Position numbers and translations under genes: made by a program
Part shown: positions 22,521-29,741 of the stretch, piece after piece
Layout of the letters: each line of letters opens with the position of its first letter
Position numbering within the stretch: position 1 is the first letter of the stretch
Notes under the pieces: generated by a model
What the model was told of the DNA's origin: nothing
The model's input: only the letters and a program-made list of their open reading frames with translations
Database searches by the model: none
From: Azoarcus sp.
Lineage (GTDB): Bacteria > Pseudomonadota > Gammaproteobacteria > Burkholderiales > Rhodocyclaceae
DNA: 64,000 nucleotides
NCBI GenBank assembly: GCA_031289095.1
Contig: JAITQD010000116.1
Coordinates: 7,359 to 71,358 of the forward strand
Direction of reading: 5' to 3'

Positions 22521-22594
22521 CCACTCGTCACCCTGCGGCGCGCCTCCGCGCCGCACAAGCGTCCGAATACCGTTTTCTCTCGTGGAGTTTTCCC

Positions 22595-24067
22595 ATGCTC
22601 GAAGAGCAATTCAACGCCCTCGCGGGCGAAGGCTACAACCGCATCCCGGTCACGCTCGAAACCTTCGCCGACCTCGACACACCGCTTTCCATCTACCTGA
22701 AGCTCGCCAATGAGCCTTACACCTATCTGCTCGAATCAGTGCAGGGCGGCGAACGCTTCGGGCGCTATTCCATCATCGGCCTCGCCTCGCCAACCCGGAT
22801 CGAAGTCCATGGCGACGCCGCCTTGCTCCTCACCGGCAACCGCCTGACCGAGCGCCGAGACGGCGGCGATCCGCTTGCCTTCATCGCTGAATTCATGGCG
22901 CGCATCAAAGTGCCGCCACGCGCCAACCTGCCGCGCTTCGCGGGCGGCCTCGTCGGCTGCTTCGGCTACGACACCGTCCGCCACATCGAACCGCGCCTCG
23001 GCCCCTGCAAACAACCCGACCCACTGAACACGCCCGACATCCTGCTGCTGCTCTCGGAAGAAATCGCCATCGTCGACAACCTCTCCGGCAAACTCACCCT
23101 CGTCGTCTACGCAGACCCCAACGTACCGGGCGCCTTTCGCCGCGCCCGCAAACGTCTCGCCGAACTGCTCACCCGTCTGCGCGAACCGGTAGTGATTCCC
23201 GCCGACGCCAGCGCCCCGGGCGCGCCGGCGGTATCGAGCTTCGGCGAAGCCGACTTCAAAAACGCCGTGCGTCGCGTCAAGCAATACATCGTCGAAGGCG
23301 ATGTCATGCAAGTCGTCCTGTCGCAACGCATGAGCAAACCCTTCGCCGCACATCCAATGGCGCTCTATCGCGCCATCCGCTCCCTCAACCCATCGCCCTA
23401 CCTCTTCAACTTCCATTTCGACGACTTCCACGTCGTCGGCGCGTCGCCCGAAATCCTCGTGCAACTTCAGGGAAATGACGTCATCGTGCGGCCCATCGCC
23501 GGCACCCGCAAGCGCGGCGCAACCCCGGCGGAAGACAAGGCACTGGAAGAAGAACTGCTCGCCGACGAAAAAGAACGCGCCGAACACCTGCAACTGCTTG
23601 ACCTGGGCCGCAACGACGCCGGGCGCGTGGCGGCAACCGGCTCGGTAAAAGTCACCGAACGCTTCATTGTCGAACGCTATTCTCACGTCATGCACCTCGT
23701 CTCCAACGTCGAAGGGCGGCTTGCCGACGGACTCAACGCCTTCGACGTCCTGCGCGCCGCCTTTCCCGCTGGCACCGTCTCGGGCGCGCCCAAGGTGCGG
23801 GCGATGGAAATCATCGACGAACTGGAACCGGTCAAGCGCGGCCTCTACGCTGGCGCGGTCGGCTACATCGGCTTTCACGGCGACATGGATCTGGCCATCG
23901 CCATCCGCACCGCCGTACTCAAGGACGGCCAGATACACGTCCAGGCGGGCGCGGGCCTCGTCGCCGACTCCGACCCCGACGCCGAATGGATGGAAACGCA
24001 GAACAAGGCCCGCGCCATGCTGCGAGCGGCGGAAATGGCCGAAAACGGCCTCGACACGCGGCTTTGA
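22595..24067 (+). CDS. trpE: Anthranilate synthase component I
   Basis: MLEEQFNALAGEGYNRIPV start preceded by GGAG, and a chorismate-binding C-terminal domain. The upstream part of ORF 22091.. is treated as non-coding. Confidence 0.95.
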   Translation: MLEEQFNALAGEGYNRIPVTLETFADLDTPLSIYLKLANEPYTYLLESVQGGERFGRYSIIGLASPTRIEVHGDAALLLTGNRLTERRDGGDPLAFIAEFMARIKVPPRANLPRFAGGLVGCFGYDTVRHIEPRLGPCKQPDPLNTPDILLLLSEEIAIVDNLSGKLTLVVYADPNVPGAFRRARKRLAELLTRLREPVVIPADASAPGAPAVSSFGEADFKNAVRRVKQYIVEGDVMQVVLSQRMSKPFAAHPMALYRAIRSLNPSPYLFNFHFDDFHVVGASPEILVQLQGNDVIVRPIAGTRKRGATPAEDKALEEELLADEKERAEHLQLLDLGRNDAGRVAATGSVKVTERFIVERYSHVMHLVSNVEGRLADGLNAFDVLRAAFPAGTVSGAPKVRAMEIIDELEPVKRGLYAGAVGYIGFHGDMDLAIAIRTAVLKDGQIHVQAGAGLVADSDPDAEWMETQNKARAMLRAAEMAENGLDTRL

Positions 24068-24080
24068 GGGAGACACCGCC

Positions 24081-24100
24081 ATGCTGCTGATGATCGACAA
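24081..24100 (+). repeat. attL core: 20-bp direct repeat ATGCTGCTGATGATCGACAA
   Basis: Identical to 26791-26810. Lies 13 nt after the trpE stop behind a GAGGGAG SD. Confidence 0.9.
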
Positions 24101-24146
24101 CAGCGATGCTAGTCCGCATTGTTCCGCGCAAGTCCACAAAAACTAG
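24081..24146 (+). pseudogene. Displaced trpG 5' stub (MLLMIDN + 14 unrelated codons, then stop)
   Basis: The first 7 codons equal the trpG start. The frame then diverges and stops after 21 codons. Confidence 0.7.
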
Positions 24147-24215
24147 CCAAGACCTGCACCGCTTCTGCGTTTTCATCCATCGCTGATATACCCGCCCATA
24201 GCCAGCCACGTAAAA

Positions 24216-24252
24216 ACCGGATAAGACCTTTCTTTTGGAACCCTTATCCGGT
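24216..24252. repeat. Inverted pair ACCGGATAAG / CTTATCCGGT just upstream of int (candidate arm-type or operator sites)
   Basis: 10-bp arms at 24216-24225 and 24243-24252 with a 17-nt spacer. The same CCGGATAAG 9-mer recurs at the right end of the island. Confidence 0.5.
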
Positions 24253-24254
24253 AA

Positions 24255-25463
24255 ATGGCTTCCCTCACAGACACCAAAGTCCGCAACGCCAAGCCGACCG
24301 ACAAGCCTTACAGGCTGACGGATGGACTCGGCCTCTATCTCGATGTGCGGCCATCGGGCGCGAAGATATGGCGCTACCGCTACTGGATCACGTCAGAGCG
24401 CGAAGGCATCTACACCATTGGCGAATACCCGGGCGTCTCGCTTTCTGAGGCGCGGCGCGAGCGCGAGTGGGCGCGCGAGCATGTGAAGCAGGGGCTGAAC
24501 CCGACACACGCGAAGGAAGCCCAGCGCATGGAGAGGATGGGCGAGCATGCCAACACCTTCGAGGCTGTCACCCGTGAGTGGATGGAGCAGAACAAGCCGC
24601 ACTGGTCCGAGGGCTACTACAACCAGGTCAAGATCAACGTCGAGCGCGACCTGTTCCCGAAGATCGGATCGCTGCCGGTCCGCATGGTGAAGGCGGCGCA
24701 CTTGCTGGGGATCATTCGCGAGGTCGAGAAACGCGGGGCGCAATCCATCGCCGTGCTGATTCGACAGTGGTCTGGACAGATTTTCAGGTATGCCGTGGCC
24801 ACGCTACGCGCCGACAGCGACCCGGCAGCGGCCCTCTATGGCTCGATCAAGCGGGCACCGGTACGTCACAACCCACCGCTGGAAAAAGACGAGATACCGC
24901 GCTTCCTGGTGCTGCTGGGGAGCTATGGCGGATACCGCGGGACGGTGATTGCGCTCACGCTCATGCTGCGCACGTTCGTACGGACGGTAGAGCTGCGCAA
25001 GGCGGAATGGACGGAGTTCGACCTTGAGGCGGCAGAGTGGCGCGTGCCGGCCGGTCGAATGAAGATGAAAAAACAGATGAAGGTGGGGGAGTCGCACATC
25101 GTGCCGCTGTCGCGCCAGGCGGTCGTACTGCTGACCGAGCTGAAGACGATCTCGGGTGGCCGGCGCTTCCTGTTCCCGAACCTGCGGACGCCGGACACGT
25201 GCATGACGGCGACGACAATCAATCGTGCCTTGGAGCGCATGGGCTACCTGGGCAAGTTCTCGGGGCACGGATTCAGATCGACGGCATCGACCCTGCTGCA
25301 TGAAATGGGGTGGCGCTCTGAACTGATCGAGCGGCAGCTTGCGCACGCGGAGCGCGACAAGGTGAAGGCAGCCTACAACCACGCTGAATACATGCCCGAG
25401 AGACGGGAAATGATGCAGGCGTGGTCGGACTGGATTGACGAGCTCGCCAGCTTGAAAATATAA
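24255..25463 (+). CDS. int: Tyrosine site-specific integrase (P4-like, DUF4102-type N-terminus)
   Basis: N-terminus LTDTKVRNAKPTDKPYRLTDGLGLYLDVRPSGAKIWRYRY. Catalytic region HGFRSTASTLLHE ... AHAERDKVKAAYNHAEY. Confidence 0.9.
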   Translation: MASLTDTKVRNAKPTDKPYRLTDGLGLYLDVRPSGAKIWRYRYWITSEREGIYTIGEYPGVSLSEARREREWAREHVKQGLNPTHAKEAQRMERMGEHANTFEAVTREWMEQNKPHWSEGYYNQVKINVERDLFPKIGSLPVRMVKAAHLLGIIREVEKRGAQSIAVLIRQWSGQIFRYAVATLRADSDPAAALYGSIKRAPVRHNPPLEKDEIPRFLVLLGSYGGYRGTVIALTLMLRTFVRTVELRKAEWTEFDLEAAEWRVPAGRMKMKKQMKVGESHIVPLSRQAVVLLTELKTISGGRRFLFPNLRTPDTCMTATTINRALERMGYLGKFSGHGFRSTASTLLHEMGWRSELIERQLAHAERDKVKAAYNHAEYMPERREMMQAWSDWIDELASLKI

Positions 25464-25485
25464 GCAAAATTGTTTGCAATTGCGC

Positions 25486-25514
25486 TTGACTACATAAACA
25501 ATGATGTTTATACT
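25486..25514 (+). promoter_or_regulatory. Near-consensus sigma70-type promoter for hicAB (TTGACT-17-TATACT)
   Basis: Hexamers read directly. The -10 ends 7 nt before the hicA ATG, implying a leaderless or near-leaderless mRNA. Confidence 0.55.
25494..25511. promoter_or_regulatory. Inverted repeat ATAAACA-N4-TGTTTAT overlapping promoter spacer/-10 (candidate HicB operator)
   Basis: Perfect 7-bp arms lying inside the promoter. Confidence 0.4.
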
Positions 25515-25521
25515 TTGAGCC

Positions 25522-25698
25522 ATGAACAGTAAAGAACTCAAACGGTGGCTGACTCAGCAAGGCGCGACATTCGGAACGCAAAAGGGTTCACACCTGAAAG
25601 TTTACCTGAACGGCAAGCAGTCCATCATACCGATGCACAACACAGACCTCAAAACTGGAACTGTCGAATGCATCAAAAAGCAGCTTGGTCTGAAATAA
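25522..25698 (+). CDS. hicA: HicA-family mRNA interferase toxin (58 aa; not on the ORF track)
   Basis: MNSKELKRWLTQQGATFGTQKGSHLKVYLNGKQSIIPMHNTDLKTGTVECIKKQLGLK. Has the HicA pattern (SKEL..L...G......GSH) and lies directly upstream of hicB. Confidence 0.8.
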   Translation: MNSKELKRWLTQQGATFGTQKGSHLKVYLNGKQSIIPMHNTDLKTGTVECIKKQLGLK

Positions 25699-25713
25699 CG
25701 AAAGAGGCTCACT

Positions 25714-26133
25714 ATGAAATTCCCCGTAAATCTCACCCCCGACAAAGACGACGGCGGTTTTGTTGTCACCTTTCAAGACGTTCCAGAAGCGATCACCCAG
25801 GGCGATACGGTCGAGGAAGCTCTCGCAATGGCGCAAGAGGCGCTTGAGACTGCCCTTGAGTTCTACTTTGAAGACAAGCGTGCCGTGCCGGTGCCTTCCA
25901 AGGCCAAGCGCGGGCAAAACGTCATCGAACTTCCTGCCAGCTTGTCGGCCAAGGTTCTGTTGCTCAATGAAATGGTGACACAAAACATCCGCCCTGCTGA
26001 ACTGGCGCGACGGTTGAACACCACCCCACAAGAAGTGAACCGCCTCACCAACCTGCGTCACACCACTCGCATTGACGGGATCGCCGCAGCGCTTCATGCA
26101 ATGGGGCGGCATCTTGAAATCAGCGTGGCCTGA
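25714..26133 (+). CDS. hicB: HicB-family antitoxin with C-terminal Xre-type HTH
   Basis: N-terminal HicB fold signature (FVVTFQDVPEAITQGDTVEEALAMAQEAL) and C-terminal HTH (IRPAELARRLNTTPQEVNRL). Confidence 0.85.
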   Translation: MKFPVNLTPDKDDGGFVVTFQDVPEAITQGDTVEEALAMAQEALETALEFYFEDKRAVPVPSKAKRGQNVIELPASLSAKVLLLNEMVTQNIRPAELARRLNTTPQEVNRLTNLRHTTRIDGIAAALHAMGRHLEISVA

Positions 26134-26156
26134 TACTGTCGCACAAACGCAAAAAG

Positions 26157-26195
26157 AACCCCGCACCCAATGACCGAAGTCACGGGTACGGGGTT
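26157..26195. terminator. Long hairpin between hicB and alpA; better terminator on the minus strand
   Basis: AACCCCGCACCC..TGAC-CGAA-GTCA..GGGTACGGGGTT. The minus-strand copy is followed by CTTTTTGCGTTT, the plus-strand copy only by GTTTC. Confidence 0.5.
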
Positions 26196-26355
26196 GTTTC
26201 ACTGGCAGGCTTTGACGGCGGCTTCAAGCTCTGTCTCGTAGCCTTGGCGCTGCCATCGCTCGGCGCGTAGCGCTTTCATCTGATCCCAGATTCCGGAACC
26301 AAGCGGCAGCCCATCGTCTGGCCCGTCGGCTCAACAGAATCTAAGGATGGACAGC

Positions 26356-26577
26356 ATGAACCCCAACGAACGCATCATCCGTTTGCCCCAGGTGGTCGAA
26401 ATGGTCGGCCTGAAGAAGTCGGCCATCTACAAGAAGATCAAGCTCGATGAGTTCCCGAAGCCGATCAAGCTCGGGACGCACGCCTCTGGCTGGCTAGAGT
26501 CCGACGTGCAGGGCTGGATTCTGAAACAGGCCGGTCTCGCGCCGGCCAACGATGAACAGCACCGGCAGGCAGCATGA
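26356..26577 (+). CDS. alpA: AlpA-family phage regulatory / excisionase-like DNA-binding protein
   Basis: RIIRLPQVVEMVGLKKSAIYKKIKLDEFPKPIKLG... motif. ATG 26356 has better SD spacing (AAGGA) than ATG 26347. Confidence 0.8.
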   Translation: MNPNERIIRLPQVVEMVGLKKSAIYKKIKLDEFPKPIKLGTHASGWLESDVQGWILKQAGLAPANDEQHRQAA

Positions 26578-26595
26578 TATGCAAGCAGGAAACCG

Positions 26596-26620
26596 AGGGG
26601 CCGCAAGGCCCCTTTTGCTT
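26596..26620 (+). terminator. Rho-independent terminator after alpA
   Basis: AGGGGCC-GCAA-GGCCCCT followed by TTTGCTTTTCTTT. Confidence 0.7.
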
Positions 26621-26712
26621 TTCTTTCCGAGTGTGCTAGGACGGGCGATAATGCGCCAATCGCAGAACAACGCTTTACCCCTCGCCAGCCCCCAAAAAAT
26701 GAGCAGCGTCAG

Positions 26713-26738
26713 AAAAACCGGATAAGCAGCCGGATAAG
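26713..26738 (+). repeat. Two direct CCGGATAAG copies (12-bp period) near the right island end
   Basis: Copies at 26718-26726 and 26730-26738. The 14-mer AAAAACCGGATAAG is shared with 24212-24225. Confidence 0.5.
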
Positions 26739-26790
26739 ATTTTCAGATTACAGGGGCAGGGTCTAATGGATTCAAGGAGATAGCCCTAAA

Positions 26791-26810
26791 ATGCTGCTGA
26801 TGATCGACAA
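26791..26810 (+). repeat. attR core: 20-bp direct repeat ATGCTGCTGATGATCGACAA (= start of intact trpG)
   Basis: Identical to 24081-24100. Confidence 0.9.
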
Positions 26811-27366
26811 TTACGACAGCTTCACCTACAACCTCGTGCAATATTTCGGCGAACTCGGCATGGACGTGCGCGTATTCCGCAACGACGCGATCACGCTCGA
26901 CCAGATCGCCGCCCACGCCCCCACCCACCTGGTCATCTCGCCGGGGCCGTGCTCGCCGGAAGAAGCCGGCATCTCGGTGGCGGCCATTCGCGCCTTTGCC
27001 GGCAAACTGCCCATCCTCGGCGTCTGCCTCGGCCACCAGAGCATTGGCGCGGCCTTCGGCGGCAAAATCGTACATGCCCAAAAACTCATGCACGGCAAAA
27101 CCTCCCCGGTGCTGCACCACGGCGCGGGCGTGTTTCGCGGCCTGCCCTCCCCCGTCATCTGCACCCGCTACCACTCGCTCGCCATCGAACGCGCCAGCCT
27201 GCCCGACTGCCTCGACGTCACCGCCTGGACGGAAGACGGCGAAATCATGGGCGTGCGCCACCGCGCCTTTGCGCTTGAAGGCGTGCAGTTTCACCCCGAA
27301 TCCATCATGACCGAACACGGCCACGACCTGCTGCAAAACTTCCTCGGCGCACCCGTCGCCGCCTGA
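26791..27366 (+). CDS. trpG: Anthranilate synthase component II (glutamine amidotransferase)
   Basis: [18 protein letters not shown] start and catalytic GVCLGHQ. The SD AAGGAGA is supplied by island sequence. Confidence 0.95.
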   Translation: MLLMIDNYDSFTYNLVQYFGELGMDVRVFRNDAITLDQIAAHAPTHLVISPGPCSPEEAGISVAAIRAFAGKLPILGVCLGHQSIGAAFGGKIVHAQKLMHGKTSPVLHHGAGVFRGLPSPVICTRYHSLAIERASLPDCLDVTAWTEDGEIMGVRHRAFALEGVQFHPESIMTEHGHDLLQNFLGAPVAA

Positions 27367-27381
27367 ATCCCGGAGAAAACC

Positions 27382-28422
27382 ATGTCGATCACCCCCCAGG
27401 AAGCCCTGCAACGCACCATTGAGCACCGCGAGATTTTCTATGACGAAATGCTGTCGCTGATGCGCCAGATCATGGCGGGCGAACTGTCTCCCGTCATGTC
27501 GGCGGCCATCCTCACCGGACTGCGGGTCAAAAAGGAAACCATCGACGAAATCAGCGCCGCCGCCACAGTGCTGCGCGAAATGGCGACCAAAGTAAAAGTG
27601 CCGCCGCCCAACGACAACTTTATCGACATCGTGGGCACTGGCGGTGACGGCTCGCACACCTTCAACATCTCCACCACCAGTGCCTTCGTCGTCGCCGCTG
27701 CGGGCGCGCGGGTCGCCAAGCACGGCAACCGCAGCGTATCGTCGAAATCCGGCGCGGCGGACGCCATCGAAACACTGGGCGCAAGCCTCAAGCTCGATGC
27801 CGAACAGGTGGCGGCCTGCATCGCCGACACCGGCATCGGCTTCATGTTCGCGCCCAACTTTCATACCGCGATGAAAAACATCGCCCCGGTGCGGCGCGAG
27901 ATGGGCGTGCGCACCCTGTTCAACATCCTCGGGCCGCTCATCAACCCGGCGGACGCGCCCAACATGCTCCTTGGCGTCTTCCATCCCGACCTCGTCGGCA
28001 TTCTGGTGCGGGTCATGGAGCGGCTGGGCGGCAAACACGTACTGGTGGTGCACGGCCTGGACGGCGTAGACGAAGTCAGCTTGGGCGCAACGACCCTGGT
28101 CGGCGAACTCAAGGACGGCAAAGTAACCGAATACGAAATCCATCCCGAGGATTTCGGCATTGCCATGGCGGGCACGCGCAACCTGCGGGTGGAAACGCCG
28201 GAACAGTCAATCCAGGTGCTGCGCGGCGTGCTCGACAACCGCCCTGGCCCGGCGCGCGATGTCGTCATTTTCAACGCCGGCGTAGCGCTCCATGCAGCCA
28301 ACGTGGCGACCTCCATTGGCGATGGCATCTCGCGGGCAAAGAAAGTGCTCGAAAATGGCGCGGCAAAAGCCAAGCTGGAAGAATTTGTACGGTATAACCA
28401 GCAATTCAAATCCGCACCGTAA
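27382..28422 (+). CDS. trpD: Anthranilate phosphoribosyltransferase
   Basis: [14 protein letters not shown] and [12 protein letters not shown] motifs. Confidence 0.95.
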   Translation: MSITPQEALQRTIEHREIFYDEMLSLMRQIMAGELSPVMSAAILTGLRVKKETIDEISAAATVLREMATKVKVPPPNDNFIDIVGTGGDGSHTFNISTTSAFVVAAAGARVAKHGNRSVSSKSGAADAIETLGASLKLDAEQVAACIADTGIGFMFAPNFHTAMKNIAPVRREMGVRTLFNILGPLINPADAPNMLLGVFHPDLVGILVRVMERLGGKHVLVVHGLDGVDEVSLGATTLVGELKDGKVTEYEIHPEDFGIAMAGTRNLRVETPEQSIQVLRGVLDNRPGPARDVVIFNAGVALHAANVATSIGDGISRAKKVLENGAAKAKLEEFVRYNQQFKSAP

Positions 28423-28439
28423 GCGGTTACGCGACGCCC

Positions 28440-28605
28440 CAGGGTGCATACAATGCGCCCTGGCCTGCCTATAAGCGTTCGCGTAATTCGGATCGAGCTT
28501 GATCGCTTGGGAGCAATCGGCAATTGCTTTTGAATAATCGCCTAAATCATTGTAAGCCGATCCGCGATTATTATAAGCCAGCGCGAAATTTTGGATTGAG
28601 CTCAT
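28440..28605 (-). pseudogene. TPR-repeat gene fragment (about 1.5 repeats, truncated)
   Basis: ALAYNNRGSAYNDLGDYSKAIADCSQAIKLDPNYANAY is a canonical TPR unit. G+C is low. The rest of ORF 28207..28605 is antisense to trpD and so not credible. Confidence 0.4.
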
Positions 28606-28907
28606 TGGTCGACTACCTCAACGGGATCGACGAGGCGGATAAAGAACTGTCCCGTTACACACACAAGGCCATCAGTACGATCACCTGGATGGAGATTCTC
28701 GTCGGCGCAACGCCAGAGGAAGATGCGGCGCTGAGAACGTGGTTACGCACGTTCGAGGTGATGGAGGGGGGAAAATCGTCCGCGCCAACGCTGATGCGCT
28801 TCTGCCGCGCCACAAAGGCTGCGCAAGCGTGTGATGACGCGGCGCAGCTGTGCGTGGTTTTCGTTGGACGTCACTGGATCAGATATTCTATAAAATCTGA
28901 ACTGTAA
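28590..28907 (+). pseudogene. Degraded PIN/VapC-like gene fragment (N-terminus lost, probable frameshift)
   Basis: SSLVDYLNG....ISTITWMEILVGA resembles VapC blocks. The downstream VapC-like residues appear only in another frame. Confidence 0.35.
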
Positions 28908-28960
28908 CAACCACTTGCAACGCTCAGTAGACTTTAGCGGAAGTCCGCAGAATGATGCAG

Positions 28961-29035
28961 TGGAGCGGGCGAAGGGAGTCGAACCCTCGTCATCAGCTTG
29001 GGAAGCTGAGGTAATAGCCGTTATACGACGCCCGC
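28961..29035 (-). tRNA. tRNA-Gly (anticodon CCC), CCA encoded
   Basis: Reverse complement is GCGGGCG..TCAGC-TTCCCAA-GCTGA..GAGGGTTCGACTCCCTTCGCCCGCTCCA. Has a 7-bp acceptor stem and resembles E. coli glyU (as I recall its sequence). Confidence 0.9.
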
Positions 29036-29127
29036 GCAAGCACGGAGGAAGCTGCTGCCCATCTCCGGGCGGCGAATTCTAGCACCTTCTTTCCAGCGTT
29101 TGCGATGCCCGCGCCAGCGCGCTGTTT

Positions 29128-29709
29128 TTAGGGTTCCGTTTTTTTCGCCACTCGCCCGCGAGCGATGACGGCGTTCGCCACGTCGCGGCGTAGCGCTTCC
29201 ACGTTGGGCGTTTTGCCAGAGTCATAAACGATCAGGGGCAGACTGGCTTCTTCCAGCGCCTGGCGCTTCTGCCGGACGAGGCGCTGCCGTTCTTTTCCGT
29301 TGTTCGCGGGGCTGTCCAGTTCGATGACCGCCGTGGGGATGATGCCGGTCGCACTGGCTTTGCAGATCAGGAAATCGACGGTCAGACGGGCGGTTTCGCC
29401 CTGGTCTTCCCAGTCCTCCTCTCCCTTGAGATAGAGAACGCGCGCCGCGCCGACCTGGCTGAGGACGATCAGTTTTGGAAACGCTTCCGTCAAGGCGAAA
29501 TAAAGACGGGCGGCTTCAAAAGGCAGGACGGGCTTGCTGCGGAAACGTTTGTGGGTGTCGCCGGGTTGGCTCTCGCCGGATCGCTGCGAGATGGTCGCTG
29601 CGAACCAGGCGGCTTCACGCGCCCGGCGGCGGGATTGCACTCGTTTGCTCACGATGAGCAACAGCACCGCGAGCGCGCCCGCTACGACAAATACGATCAC
29701 CAGCCCCAT
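29128..29709 (-). CDS. Membrane-anchored DUF2726-like (restriction-endonuclease-like fold) protein
   Basis: N-terminal TM helix, then VDFLICKAS....PTAVIELD, typical of DUF2726 as I recall it. AAAGGA SD lies 32 nt after the recC stop. Confidence 0.65.
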   Translation of the reverse strand: MGLVIVFVVAGALAVLLLIVSKRVQSRRRAREAAWFAATISQRSGESQPGDTHKRFRSKPVLPFEAARLYFALTEAFPKLIVLSQVGAARVLYLKGEEDWEDQGETARLTVDFLICKASATGIIPTAVIELDSPANNGKERQRLVRQKRQALEEASLPLIVYDSGKTPNVEALRRDVANAVIARGRVAKKTEP

Positions 29710-29741
29710 GTTTTTCCTTTCTGGCCGTTGCTTTCAGTACG

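Larger units (their letters stand above)
24081..26810 (+). mobile_element. ~2.7 kb integrative mini-island (int, hicA, hicB, alpA) inserted in the first codons of trpG
   Basis: Perfect 20-bp direct repeats at both ends, integrase next to the left end, excisionase-like gene near the right end, visibly lower G+C than the flanking trp genes. Confidence 0.8.

Noticed and set aside
22091-22594. Long N-terminal extension of trpE (likewise 55346-55549 for lysA and 54898-55092 for leuA)
   Set aside because: The extensions have no similarity to the respective families, internal ATGs with SDs match canonical N-termini, and the lysA extension overlaps the lptM gene.
22736-24139. 467-aa minus-strand ORF
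   Set aside because: Antisense to trpE; shadow frame.
26743-28143. 466-aa minus-strand ORF
   Set aside because: Antisense to trpG/trpD, both of which have unambiguous motifs. High-G+C shadow frame.
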